From: Kurthia senegalensis
GTDB lineage: Bacteria > Bacteroidota > Bacteroidia > Bacteroidales > UBA932
Reading direction: 5' to 3'
Length of the DNA stretch: 46,446 bases
Assembly: GCA_963620825.1 (NCBI GenBank)
Contig: CAVFAZ010000061.1
Span: 1 to 46,446 of the forward strand
Part shown: piece by piece, positions 35,231 to 44,636 of the stretch
Position numbering within the stretch: the first letter of the stretch is position 1
Layout: each line of letters starts with the position of its first letter
Position numbers and translations under genes: made by a program
The notes under the pieces: generated by a model
Told to the model about the DNA's origin: nothing
What the model saw: only the letters and a program-made list of their open reading frames with translations
Database searches by the model: none

Positions 35231-36958
35231 TTACCTTACCAGGCGAACCGTGTAAGCGTCGTCATAGATGATGCGGCGGACGGCCTTGTTCTGCAGGCTC
35301 CCGGACTCAAGCCTCTCCAGCTTGAAATCGGACTGGAGACCGTGGCTTGTCTTGCCCTCGATCTTCTCGGTCCAGCTGCGCCCGTAGAGCGAGTAGGACT
35401 TGATGGCGAGGTATGCGCTGTCATAGCCCTGGAAAGCGAACGGACCTGGCTCCGCACCGTAGAGAGCCCGGTATGAACTGAGGAAAGCCTTGACCTTATC
35501 GGCGTCATAATCAATATAATAGGAACTGCAGCTGTGCATCCTCGCATTGTGGAAGTTGCTGACTTCGATGGTGTCGAAATTGCGGACCTTGGAGAGACAG
35601 TAGAGCACGGTCTCAAGCTTGCGGTGGAGCATAAGGTTCACGTTGCGGATCACATCGTTCACGAAGGCCTCGCTTTCGGATGCCACGACTATGCGGTTGG
35701 CTCCCTGCAGGGTGGCGATCTTCTCGATTCTGTCTATGATGCTGCGCCCTTCCAGAATGGCGTAATTTATGGTCTCATAGGCGATTCCGCTATTCTCCAG
35801 ATTCTGTTTGAGCAGACTGGCGTTGGAGGTGAGAGTGGCGCCTTTCTCGCAGAAGAGAAGCACCTTGTCCTGGCTTCCCAGGTCTTCTTTGAGCCAGTCT
35901 ATCAGCTCGTGACACTGGCTTTCCGATGAGCTTGGAGCCTGAACTATACCGCTGTTGGTCTCCGCCAGGGCAGCGGCCTTGGGTTCGAGCGGAGAAACCA
36001 GATATTTGCCCATCGGACAGAGCGGAAGCACGGCGCTGATGTCCGTGGAGGATACCGGACCGATGATTACGTCCTTGGCCGAAAGCGAACTCCCGGAAAG
36101 ACTCCCGCCGGAGATGTTATAGACGTTGAGATGTGTGGTGATGCCCTCGCTTTCCAGGTCTTTCACGGCCAGAAGAGCCCCGCTGTAAAAGTCGTACATA
36201 TTGTCGGAACTCTGTCCGGCCGCCTCGAAAGGCAGAATCAGGGCAGCGTGTACCTGACGTTTGCCGAACGGGAACAGCAGATATGAATCTTCCTCCGAGT
36301 CTTCTGCGGAGGACGTCTGCTCCTGCTGGACAGTTGCAGTTTCGTCCCGCGACACTTCTTCGTTCACGACTTCGGCGCCCAGGTTCTGCAGACGCCTGAG
36401 AGTGTTTCCCTGAGGGATGCGGAGCGTCATCTTGCGGTTTACGGATGAGCTGGCAAGTCCGTTGTAACTCATTATGGTATCGGAACTTACGCCATATTTG
36501 TCCGCAATGTCGGAAAGACTTTCATACCATTTCACCTTATGGATTATGAAATCTTCCTCCTGGCTTTCCTCCTCTTTGGAAACGGTTTCTTCAGGATTGG
36601 CCGCAGAGTTTGCAGGCTCTGCAGTGACAGGCTGGACGACCGTCTCTTCCTGAACGGACTGTCCCTTGACAGGAATCAGGAGAATCTGATACTGCTTCAG
36701 GCCTTCGGTCTCCAGATTCAGGGCAGGATTCGCGTCATAAATCTCCTGAAGGGTCACTCCATAGGCCTTGCTGATGGAATAGAGAGTCTGATGCTCCAGA
36801 ACCACGTGGGAGTAGTAGAGTTTTCCATTGTTTCTCACCTTGTCTTTGGAGATGGTGACGGGTACCTGCCTGTATTCCTGTGCGGTGGTGACGTTGCAGC
36901 ACACCGGCAGGAGGAGGCACAATATGGTCAGATATACAAGTCTCAGTTTCATAATCAT
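35231..36958 (-). CDS. LysM-repeat plus periplasmic-binding-protein type 1 (LppC/LpoA-like) domain protein
   Basis: Two LysM repeats (HQTLYSISKAYGV, ESLSDIADKYGV), then ALILPF, DFYSGALLA, IIGP and FAFQGYD. Start may be 36952. Confidence 0.85.
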   Translation of the reverse strand: MIMKLRLVYLTILCLLLPVCCNVTTAQEYRQVPVTISKDKVRNNGKLYYSHVVLEHQTLYSISKAYGVTLQEIYDANPALNLETEGLKQYQILLIPVKGQSVQEETVVQPVTAEPANSAANPEETVSKEEESQEEDFIIHKVKWYESLSDIADKYGVSSDTIMSYNGLASSSVNRKMTLRIPQGNTLRRLQNLGAEVVNEEVSRDETATVQQEQTSSAEDSEEDSYLLFPFGKRQVHAALILPFEAAGQSSDNMYDFYSGALLAVKDLESEGITTHLNVYNISGGSLSGSSLSAKDVIIGPVSSTDISAVLPLCPMGKYLVSPLEPKAAALAETNSGIVQAPSSSESQCHELIDWLKEDLGSQDKVLLFCEKGATLTSNASLLKQNLENSGIAYETINYAILEGRSIIDRIEKIATLQGANRIVVASESEAFVNDVIRNVNLMLHRKLETVLYCLSKVRNFDTIEVSNFHNARMHSCSSYYIDYDADKVKAFLSSYRALYGAEPGPFAFQGYDSAYLAIKSYSLYGRSWTEKIEGKTSHGLQSDFKLERLESGSLQNKAVRRIIYDDAYTVRLVR

Positions 36959-36982
36959 TTACTAGGGTCCCGCAGTTGCGGA

Positions 36983-38104
36983 TTATAATTCGTCAGCGAA
37001 GTCCGACAGACTGTCGCAGAAGGATTTCCAGGAAAGGCGCTGCTTTTCTGAGCGTATGCTTTCCACGCACTTCTCCCGTACGGAGTCGTCGCTGAAGTAA
37101 TTCTCTATGGCTTCCCTGATGCAGGCCGCCGAAGGCTCTTTCACGGCAATCCCCGTGCCGGTATCTCCGATGGTCTCCTTCAGACCTCCCACAGCCGTAA
37201 CGATCATCGGCACTTCGAAATGGTAGGAGATGGAGCTGATTCCGCTCTGCGTGGCGCTCCTGTACGGAAGCACCGTGACATCAGCGGCGGAGAAATACCG
37301 CTTGACCTCGGAATCCCTGATATAGTTCGGGAACACGTGGATGTGGTCCCGGTTCGGGCAGAGGTCGATAAGTTTCTGATATCTGTCGAAGGACCCGTAA
37401 GGCTCTCCGGCGATGATGAGATTGTAACCCTCCCCCAGATCCCTGAATGCCTCCAGAAGAATGTCCAGTCCCTTGTATTCACGTATAAGCCCGAAGAAGA
37501 GGATGTTGCGGCAGCCCGGCGCAAGCCCGAGGGCCTTCTCGGCTTCAGGGCGCGGGAGCATCTCCCCGAAATGGGAGTAGAGGGGATGGAAAAGCACCCT
37601 GTACTTCGCGTCCGGGCAGAGGCGCAGAAGGTCCTGCGACACTTCGTTGCAGAGGGTGATGAAGCCGTGGCTGCCTTTCAGGAAGTACTTCGTGAAAGGT
37701 TTGTCTATTATGCGGGGCTCGTGCGGTATGACGTTGTCCAGAATGGAGATGACCTTGCAGTCCTTTTTCAGATGCCGGCTCACGAAGCCCAGTGACGGGC
37801 CGAACCAGGACATCCAGTACCGCATTATCAGAAGGTCAGGCCCCCATTCGCGTATGGCCCGCAAAGTTTTGACATAAGTGAACGGATTAGCCGTGTCCAG
37901 CAGAGCTTCGGACTCTACGGGCACGGCTTCATCGTCTGCAGTCACATACTGCGTCTTGCCGGGGAAGAGAAAGTCAGGATACTGCCTTGAGAAATTGAAG
38001 GCCCTGACCACATTGCCCCTGCTCAGTTCTCCATACAGACTCGCATTGAACTGAGCAATTCCTCCCCTGAAGGGATAAAAGCAAGACAGTATGGCTATTT
38101 TCAA
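36983..38104 (-). CDS. Glycosyltransferase family 4
   Basis: RGGIAQF, FFGLIREYKGLD, LPYRSATQSG and VGGLKE GT-B motifs; TTG start. Confidence 0.9.
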   Translation of the reverse strand: MKIAILSCFYPFRGGIAQFNASLYGELSRGNVVRAFNFSRQYPDFLFPGKTQYVTADDEAVPVESEALLDTANPFTYVKTLRAIREWGPDLLIMRYWMSWFGPSLGFVSRHLKKDCKVISILDNVIPHEPRIIDKPFTKYFLKGSHGFITLCNEVSQDLLRLCPDAKYRVLFHPLYSHFGEMLPRPEAEKALGLAPGCRNILFFGLIREYKGLDILLEAFRDLGEGYNLIIAGEPYGSFDRYQKLIDLCPNRDHIHVFPNYIRDSEVKRYFSAADVTVLPYRSATQSGISSISYHFEVPMIVTAVGGLKETIGDTGTGIAVKEPSAACIREAIENYFSDDSVREKCVESIRSEKQRLSWKSFCDSLSDFADEL

Positions 38105-38722
38105 TTATTTATCGCTGCTTCCGTTATTCTTTGTCTTGACATATTCGGCATTCAGACCTTCGAGAATCTCGTCGGTGATGTCGAGCTCAGGATCGCCTGT
38201 GGCGACAGGGGACGGAAGAATGGAACCCTGGTTGGCGATGATGAGGGCGTACTGCTTGTCGGCATTGAACTTGTCGAGGAATGCCTTGATGGCGTCAGCG
38301 ATCTGGTTCATCATCACGTTCTGCTCCTCCTGCATTTCCTGCTGCTTCTGGGCATAGTAGTTCTGGAACTCGTTCTGCTGCTGCTGAAGCTTGCTGCTCT
38401 GAGCCTCGGCTACGGAACGGGTGAGAAGTCCCTTGTCGATCTTCTGCTGGAAAGCGTTCACGTCGTTCTGGAGTTTGTTGCCCTTTCTGTTGAGTTCCTG
38501 CTCGATGCTCTGAGCCTTGGTCTGAACCACGCTGCTGAGGTCATTGGCCATATCGTACTCCTGAAGTACTCTGTCGAGGTCGAAGTAAACGATGGCGCCC
38601 TTCTGTGCGACGGTTTCGGTGCTCTGCTCGGACTGGGCGGCTGTGCCGGCGTTGTTCTGGCAGGATGTGAGGGTTGCAGCCAGGGTGACTGCGAGGCTGA
38701 GAATCAGACTTGTCTTTTTCAT
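38105..38722 (-). CDS. OmpH/Skp-family protein, lipoprotein-like
   Basis: LTSC lipobox, IVYFDLDRVL, long Gln-rich coiled coil, and DITDEILEGLN Skp C-terminus. Confidence 0.88.
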   Translation of the reverse strand: MKKTSLILSLAVTLAATLTSCQNNAGTAAQSEQSTETVAQKGAIVYFDLDRVLQEYDMANDLSSVVQTKAQSIEQELNRKGNKLQNDVNAFQQKIDKGLLTRSVAEAQSSKLQQQQNEFQNYYAQKQQEMQEEQNVMMNQIADAIKAFLDKFNADKQYALIIANQGSILPSPVATGDPELDITDEILEGLNAEYVKTKNNGSSDK

Positions 38723-38847
38723 ATCGTAACTTAAATTTTAACAGTCAAAAAAGTGCGGATAACTGACGTTTTACGCGGGAAATGCAAAAGTAGGCAAAAA
38801 ACTTATAATTTCCGCCCCAAAGACCATTTAATTTGTAAACGTGTATT

Positions 38848-39570
38848 TCAGAACGCTTTCCTGATGGCTTCCAGATAGGCTTTCACGGTGCTCTCCAGAC
38901 CCATATACAGGGCGTCGGAAATGAGCGCGTGCCCGATGGAGACTTCATCCGTCCAGGGGATGCATTTCAGGAAATACGTGAGGTTCTCCAGATTCAGATC
39001 GTGCCCTGCATTGAGCCCCAGGCCGCATTCCCTTGCCCTTTGCGCCGTGACGAGATAGTCCCGTACCGCTCCGGAAGGGTCGTTAACGTACTCTTCGGCG
39101 TAGCCCGCAGTGTAAAGCTCCACCCTGTCCGCTCCGCACTCCGCGGCGCCTTCCGCCATCTCCGGCAGCGGATTTATGAAAATGGATGTGCGTATGCCGC
39201 GGCTGTGGAAAAGCGCGCAGGTCTGCGTGAGGAACTCCCGGTTCCGGATGGTGTCCCAGCCCTGATTGGACGTGAGGACGTCATTTCCGTCCGGAACGAG
39301 CGTCACCTGAGTCGGAACCACTTCGCAGACGAGGTCCACGAAAGCCGGGATGGGGTTGCCCTCGATATTGAATTCTGTCTTTATGAGCGGTCTGAGCGCA
39401 CGCACGTCAGAGTATCTGATATGTCTTTCATCAGGCCTTGGATGTACAGTGATGCCCTCCGCGCCGAAAGACTCGCAGTCCACTGCGGCCTTCTCCACGT
39501 CCGGGACATTCCCGCCGCGCGCGTTTCTGAGCGTGGCGATCTTGTTTATATTTACACTTAGCCTTGTCAT
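38848..39570 (-). CDS. pdxJ: Pyridoxine 5'-phosphate synthase
   Basis: [37 protein letters not shown] and EVSIGHAL motifs. Confidence 0.97.
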   Translation of the reverse strand: MTRLSVNINKIATLRNARGGNVPDVEKAAVDCESFGAEGITVHPRPDERHIRYSDVRALRPLIKTEFNIEGNPIPAFVDLVCEVVPTQVTLVPDGNDVLTSNQGWDTIRNREFLTQTCALFHSRGIRTSIFINPLPEMAEGAAECGADRVELYTAGYAEEYVNDPSGAVRDYLVTAQRARECGLGLNAGHDLNLENLTYFLKCIPWTDEVSIGHALISDALYMGLESTVKAYLEAIRKAF

Positions 39571-39577
39571 TTCGCCG

Positions 39578-39616
39578 CAAAAATAAGAATAATGTGCAAA
39601 AAAGTTGATATTTTTG
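39578..39616. promoter_or_regulatory. Divergent sigma-A -7 boxes for pdxJ and nadK
   Basis: TATTTTTG on minus (39578-39585) and on plus (39609-39616). Confidence 0.6.
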
Positions 39617-39625
39617 GAGCACAGT

Positions 39626-40426
39626 ATGAAAATCGGAGTTTATATAAAGAAGGAAGAACTGCTCTCGCAGGACAGGCTGAAGCGGTTGCTGGATGCTCTC
39701 CGTCCCAAGGTCAGCGAGCTCTATATCACAGAGAATGACACTCTTAAGGAAGGAACCGACGCTCTTCTGAGCGTGGGAGGCGACGGGACATTCCTTTCCG
39801 CCGCCCGCATCGCGGCTCCGCAGGGAGTTCCCGTCCTGGGCGTGAATCTCGGACGTCTTGGATTCCTCTCCGAGTACGAGCCCGGCGAAGTCGTATCCGC
39901 ATTGGCCGGAGGCCAATGGATAATCGAGGACCGGGAGATGCTGGAGGCGAGAGTCGAAGGTCTCGATCGGCCGCTCTTCTGCCTGAACGAGGTCTGTGTG
40001 CACCGCACGGGCACCGCGATGCTCAGCGTTGTCGCGGAAATCGACGGCGTCGCGCTGCCGACCTATTGGGCGGACGGTCTGCTCGTCGCGACCAGCTCCG
40101 GTTCGACCGCATATTCTCTGAGCGTGGGCGGTCCGATCTGCACTCCCGAGGCGAAAGTTCTGATAATTGCACCTGTCGCTCCGCATAATCTGAATATGCG
40201 TCCGCTTATCGTTCCGGACAGCACAAAAGTCTGCATCTCAGCGTATTCCCGGGACGGGGACATCACTCTCAGCGTCGATAACCAGACCTTCAGCGTGCCG
40301 TCCGGCGTGCGGCTGAACATTTCGCTGGCACAATTTTCGCTCAAGAGGATCCGGCTCGAAAGGTCGAACTTCATAAAGGCTCTTAACAGCAAGCTGTTCT
40401 GGGGCGAAGATGTCAGAAATCTCTAA
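39626..40426 (+). CDS. nadK: NAD kinase
   Basis: [24 protein letters not shown]...[12 protein letters not shown] and APHNL motifs. Start MKIGV at 39626. Confidence 0.95.
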   Translation: MKIGVYIKKEELLSQDRLKRLLDALRPKVSELYITENDTLKEGTDALLSVGGDGTFLSAARIAAPQGVPVLGVNLGRLGFLSEYEPGEVVSALAGGQWIIEDREMLEARVEGLDRPLFCLNEVCVHRTGTAMLSVVAEIDGVALPTYWADGLLVATSSGSTAYSLSVGGPICTPEAKVLIIAPVAPHNLNMRPLIVPDSTKVCISAYSRDGDITLSVDNQTFSVPSGVRLNISLAQFSLKRIRLERSNFIKALNSKLFWGEDVRNL

Positions 40427-40440
40427 GTAGCTTCTAAAAA

Positions 40441-41154
40441 ATGGAAGAAAACAAACGGATACCCGTCCACGTGTCCATCATTATGGACGGTAACGGACGA
40501 TGGGCGCGCGGGCGCGGACTCGAACGCGTTGCGGGTCATTACGAAGGCGTGGAAAGCGTGCGCGCAGTCACCGAAGCCGCAGTCGAGGCAGGCGTCAGGT
40601 ACCTGTCTCTCTTTGCGTTCAGCGAAGAGAACTGGGCACGCCCCCAGCAGGAAGTGGAGTCGCTTATGCACCTGATGTTCGACACGATGGCCTCCGAGCT
40701 CGAGACTTTCCTTCGCAACGGCATACGTTTCCGCGTGCTCGGCAACCGCTCCCGCTTCAGCGCCAGGATGCTCGCCCGCATCGAAGAGATGGAGGCCGCC
40801 ACAGCGTCCAATGAGCGTCTGACTCTTGTGCTTTTCTTCAGCTACAGCGGCAAATGGGATATCCTGCAGGCGGCGAGGCAGCTTGTCCGCGACTATGCGG
40901 GGCATCCGGAAGATATTGACAATGTGAGTCTTGAAGATTTCGACAAACTGCTGATCACTTCAGACATTCCGGATCCGGACCTTATCATCCGCACTTCCGG
41001 GGAGCAGCGCCTCAGCAACTATCTTCTCTGGCAGGGGGCCTACTCGGAATTCTACTTTACAGACACGCTCTGGCCGGATTTCCGGCGCGAAAGTTTCTTC
41101 GAGGCCCTGGATGAATATTCAAAGAGAGATCGCCGGTATGGAAAAGTGAAATAA
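40441..41154 (+). CDS. uppS: Undecaprenyl diphosphate synthase
   Basis: IMDGNGRWA, FSEENWARP, IRTSGEQRLSNYLLWQ and LWPDF motifs. Confidence 0.97.
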   Translation: MEENKRIPVHVSIIMDGNGRWARGRGLERVAGHYEGVESVRAVTEAAVEAGVRYLSLFAFSEENWARPQQEVESLMHLMFDTMASELETFLRNGIRFRVLGNRSRFSARMLARIEEMEAATASNERLTLVLFFSYSGKWDILQAARQLVRDYAGHPEDIDNVSLEDFDKLLITSDIPDPDLIIRTSGEQRLSNYLLWQGAYSEFYFTDTLWPDFRRESFFEALDEYSKRDRRYGKVK

Positions 41155-41180
41155 TTGCGTATATTTGCAGGTTATTAGGA

Positions 41181-43796
41181 ATGAAAAGTCAGTTGATGCA
41201 GAATTTAAAGACAGCCATTGCGGCACTGCTGCTGTTTCTCCCTTGTCTGGTGAGCGCTCAGCAGACCGATGTGACAGTGGATTATAACAATCCCCACAAA
41301 TACATTGTGGGCGGAGTAAGCGTTTCCGGAAACCACTATTTCGGCAATTCCCAGATTGTTTCCCTTACGGGCCTTCAGAAAGGGATGGAAGTCACCATCC
41401 CGGGCGAAGACATCTCCAATATCGTGAACCGCCTGTGGCTCCAGCGCTATTTCGAGGACGTGGCCGTATATATCGACAGCCTCAGCACCGCACAGGATTC
41501 GGTCTATCTGAGAATCGCCATCAAGGAGCGCCCGAGAGTCTCGCGCTGGGACTTCACCGGTGTGCGCAGCGGTGAGAAGAAGGATCTTCAGGAAAGGCTC
41601 AACCTCCGCCGTGGCGGCGAATATTCCGAGTATGTCGCCAAGACATCTTCTGACATCATCAAGCGTTTCTATGCGGAGAAGGGATTCATAAACACCACCG
41701 TGACTCCTGAGGTGAAGAAGGACAGCATCATCCGCAACGCCATACGCGTCAACTTCAAAGTCGATCGCGGCAACCGCATCCGCATAAAGACCATCAATTT
41801 CGAAGGCAATACCGACGTAAAGGACTTCAAACTCGCCAAGTCGATGAAGAAGACCAAGTCGGCCAAATACTACAACTTCTTCAGCAGCAAGAAGTTCAAT
41901 GAAAAGGAGTATGAGAATGACAAGAAAGGCCTCATCTCCGCCTTCAACGAAGCCGGCTACCGTGACGCCCGCATCCTGAAGGATTCCATCTATTATCTGC
42001 CGCCGAAGAAAAACGGCAAGGTAAACCGCCTCGGCATCGATTTCAAATTCGACGAAGGCGACAAATACTATTTCCGCGACATATCCTGGACCGGCAACTC
42101 GGTCTATTCCACAGATGTGCTGAACCAGGTTCTGGGCATCAACAAGGGTGACGTCTATGATGTCGTTACGATGGAGAAGCGTCTTCGCGGCGGCGGCAAG
42201 GAGAATGAAGCCGCGGTGAACAAGCTTTACACCGACAACGGTTACCTGTTCTTCAACGTAACCCCTGTCGAGCTGAACATCCAGAACGACTCCGTGGATG
42301 TGGAGATGCGCATCAGCGAGGGCAAGCAGGCCACGCTGAACAACATCATCATAAACGGCAACACCCTCACGAACGAGAAGATCGTCCGCCGCCAGATATT
42401 CACCCGTCCGGGTTATCTTTTCAGCCAGAGCGACTTCGAAAGATCCATCCGAGAGATCGCCTCGCTGGGCCAGTTCGATGCCGAGGCGATTATGAAGGAA
42501 GGCGGATATTCCATCATTCCTAACCAGATAAACAATACCGTGGATCTGGTCTATAACGTGACCGAGAAGTCTTCCAGCCAGCTGGAACTCTCCGGAGGCT
42601 GGGGCGGAAAGACTTTCGTGGCCACTGCCGGTGTGGTATTCAACAACTTCTCCACCAAGCGTATGTTCGACAGGCACGCCTGGCAGCCGGTACCTCTGGG
42701 AGACGCCCAGAACCTGGCCTTCCGCTTCCAGACGAACGGTACCTACTATACGGCCCTTACGGCCAGTTTCACGGAGCCTTGGCTCTTCGGAAAGAGGCCT
42801 ACTTCCCTGAACCTTTCCACCTACTATACCCGCCAGACCAGTTCCTACATCTATCTGAACATCCTCAACAAGGACAGAATGATGGAGATTTACGGTTTCT
42901 CGGCATCGCTGGGTAAACGTCTGAAATGGCCTGACAACTATTTCGTCCTCTATAACGGACTCGGCTGGCAGACTTATGACCTGCACAACTGGTATTCAGG
43001 ATACTTCTTTTTCGACAACGGCGTTTCCCACAACATCAGCTACTCGCTGACGCTCACCAGAAACTCCACGGACCAGATCATCTATCCTCGCGCAGGTTCC
43101 GAATTCACGGCATCCCTGCAGCTCACTCCTCCGTTCTCGCTGCTTCGCAAGAAGGACTGGGGCAATCTGGACGCCAACGGCGACCCTGTGAAGGTGGACA
43201 GCTGGAAAGACATCAATTACGACAACTGGAGTACCGAGAAGCGCTTCAAGTGGATTGAGTACCACAAATGGAAATTCTCGGGAACCGTATATACCAAATT
43301 GGTCGGAGACCTCGTGCTTATGAGCAGGGCTCAGTTCGGCTACCTCGGCTACTACAACAGAAAGTGGGGCTATTCTCCGTTCGAGGGCTTCCTCGTCGGC
43401 GGTGACGGTATGTCCGGCTACAGCACCTACGGTTCGGAGGTCATCGCCCTCCGCGGATATGAGAACTATGCTCTGACTCCGCTCAGAAGCACTTCCTATA
43501 ACTCCAACGGTACGGCTTATGCCGGAAACGTCTATGACAAGTTCACGGTCGAGCTGCGCTACCCTGTAGTGCTTCAGCCTTCATCGACCATCTATGCGCT
43601 GGCCTTCCTCGAGGGAGGTAACTGCTGGGCTGACATCCGCGAGTTCAACCCGTTCCAGATCAAAAGGTCTGCGGGTGTGGGCGTGAGAGTCTATCTGCCT
43701 ATGATCGGTCTTCTGGGTGTTGACTGGGGTTACGGGTTTGACGCCACCGACAGCAAGAAGAGTCAGTTCCACTTCGTTATCGGACAGCAATTCTAA
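41181..43796 (+). CDS. bamA: Outer membrane protein assembly factor BamA
   Basis: Signal peptide, POTRA repeats, LRGY motif, C-terminal FHFVIGQQF; TATATTTG promoter box at 41160-41167. Confidence 0.95.
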   Translation: MKSQLMQNLKTAIAALLLFLPCLVSAQQTDVTVDYNNPHKYIVGGVSVSGNHYFGNSQIVSLTGLQKGMEVTIPGEDISNIVNRLWLQRYFEDVAVYIDSLSTAQDSVYLRIAIKERPRVSRWDFTGVRSGEKKDLQERLNLRRGGEYSEYVAKTSSDIIKRFYAEKGFINTTVTPEVKKDSIIRNAIRVNFKVDRGNRIRIKTINFEGNTDVKDFKLAKSMKKTKSAKYYNFFSSKKFNEKEYENDKKGLISAFNEAGYRDARILKDSIYYLPPKKNGKVNRLGIDFKFDEGDKYYFRDISWTGNSVYSTDVLNQVLGINKGDVYDVVTMEKRLRGGGKENEAAVNKLYTDNGYLFFNVTPVELNIQNDSVDVEMRISEGKQATLNNIIINGNTLTNEKIVRRQIFTRPGYLFSQSDFERSIREIASLGQFDAEAIMKEGGYSIIPNQINNTVDLVYNVTEKSSSQLELSGGWGGKTFVATAGVVFNNFSTKRMFDRHAWQPVPLGDAQNLAFRFQTNGTYYTALTASFTEPWLFGKRPTSLNLSTYYTRQTSSYIYLNILNKDRMMEIYGFSASLGKRLKWPDNYFVLYNGLGWQTYDLHNWYSGYFFFDNGVSHNISYSLTLTRNSTDQIIYPRAGSEFTASLQLTPPFSLLRKKDWGNLDANGDPVKVDSWKDINYDNWSTEKRFKWIEYHKWKFSGTVYTKLVGDLVLMSRAQFGYLGYYNRKWGYSPFEGFLVGGDGMSGYSTYGSEVIALRGYENYALTPLRSTSYNSNGTAYAGNVYDKFTVELRYPVVLQPSSTIYALAFLEGGNCWADIREFNPFQIKRSAGVGVRVYLPMIGLLGVDWGYGFDATDSKKSQFHFVIGQQF

Positions 43797-43825
43797 AGTA
43801 ATAATTATTTAAAAGCTATTGTAAT

Positions 43826-44380
43826 ATGAAGAAAATTCTTATGGTTGCCGCATTGGCACTCCTTTCCACAGCGGCTTTCGCTCAGAAGTTCGCTCACGTG
43901 AATCTCACTGAGGTCATCCAGCTTATGCCGGAGATGGACGAGGCCCGCAAGGTTATGAACGCATCCAGCAAGGAAACACAGGAGACTTATCAGGCTATGG
44001 TCGATGAGTTCAATGCAAAATACTCCACCTATCAGCAGAAGGTCAGCACCTGGACCGCCACCATCCGCGAGAGCAAGGAAAAGGAACTCTCCGATATGCA
44101 GCAGAGGATTCAGGAGTTCCAGCAGTCCGCAAGCCAGGAGCTTGAGAGCCAGCAGAACCAGCTTATCGCTCCTATCCAGCAGAAAGCCATCGAGACCATC
44201 AACAAGCTCGCCAAGGAAGGCGGATACATCTATGTGTTCGATGCTGGCACTTTCATCTACAAGGATGACACCCAGAGCGTGGACCTCACTCCTGCAGCCA
44301 GAAAGGCTCTGAACATTCCGGAAGGACGCACTCTCGAATCTCTCCAGGCAGAGCTTCAGGCCCAGCAGGCAGCTGAGTAA
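43826..44380 (+). CDS. skp: Periplasmic chaperone Skp/OmpH
   Basis: Signal peptide AFAQKFAHVN, coiled coil, GYIYVFD and DLT motifs; directly after bamA. Confidence 0.92.
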   Translation: MKKILMVAALALLSTAAFAQKFAHVNLTEVIQLMPEMDEARKVMNASSKETQETYQAMVDEFNAKYSTYQQKVSTWTATIRESKEKELSDMQQRIQEFQQSASQELESQQNQLIAPIQQKAIETINKLAKEGGYIYVFDAGTFIYKDDTQSVDLTPAARKALNIPEGRTLESLQAELQAQQAAE

Positions 44381-44402
44381 CAGTGTCCCTGTCACATAAT
44401 AT

Positions 44403-44444
44403 AAAAGGCTGAGACCCGAAAATACTCCGGGCTCAGCCTTTTTT
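44403..44444 (+). terminator. Intrinsic terminator of the bamA-skp operon
   Basis: AAAAGGCTGAG-a-CCCG...CGGG-CTCAGCCTTTTTT. Confidence 0.88.
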
Positions 44445-44462
44445 ATCTGCGTTCGCCGATTT

Positions 44463-44525
44463 GCGGTCGCCGAGCCTGTCGAAGTGCCGCCCTGTACTGC
44501 GGTCGCCGGGCAGGTCGGGGCGCCG
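44463..44525. repeat. Two tandem REP-like copies (36-bp period)
   Basis: GCGGTCGCCGAGCCTGTCGAAGTGCCGC at 44463 and a degenerate GCGGTCGCCGGGCAGGTCGGGGCGCCG at 44499. Confidence 0.7.
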
Positions 44526-44591
44526 TCAGGTTGAAACTTTTATTTTGATAAAATAATCGCCTCTTTGGTATCAAATTAGCATTAAAATATA

Positions 44592-44599
44592 TACCTTTG
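44592..44599 (+). promoter_or_regulatory. Sigma-A -7 box of the 2-oxoacid oxidoreductase operon
   Basis: TACCTTTG in an AT-rich region 38 bp upstream of the ATG. Confidence 0.65.
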
Positions 44600-44636
44600 G
44601 CGAAAATTAAAAGAAAACTAATATCTATCAGAAGCA

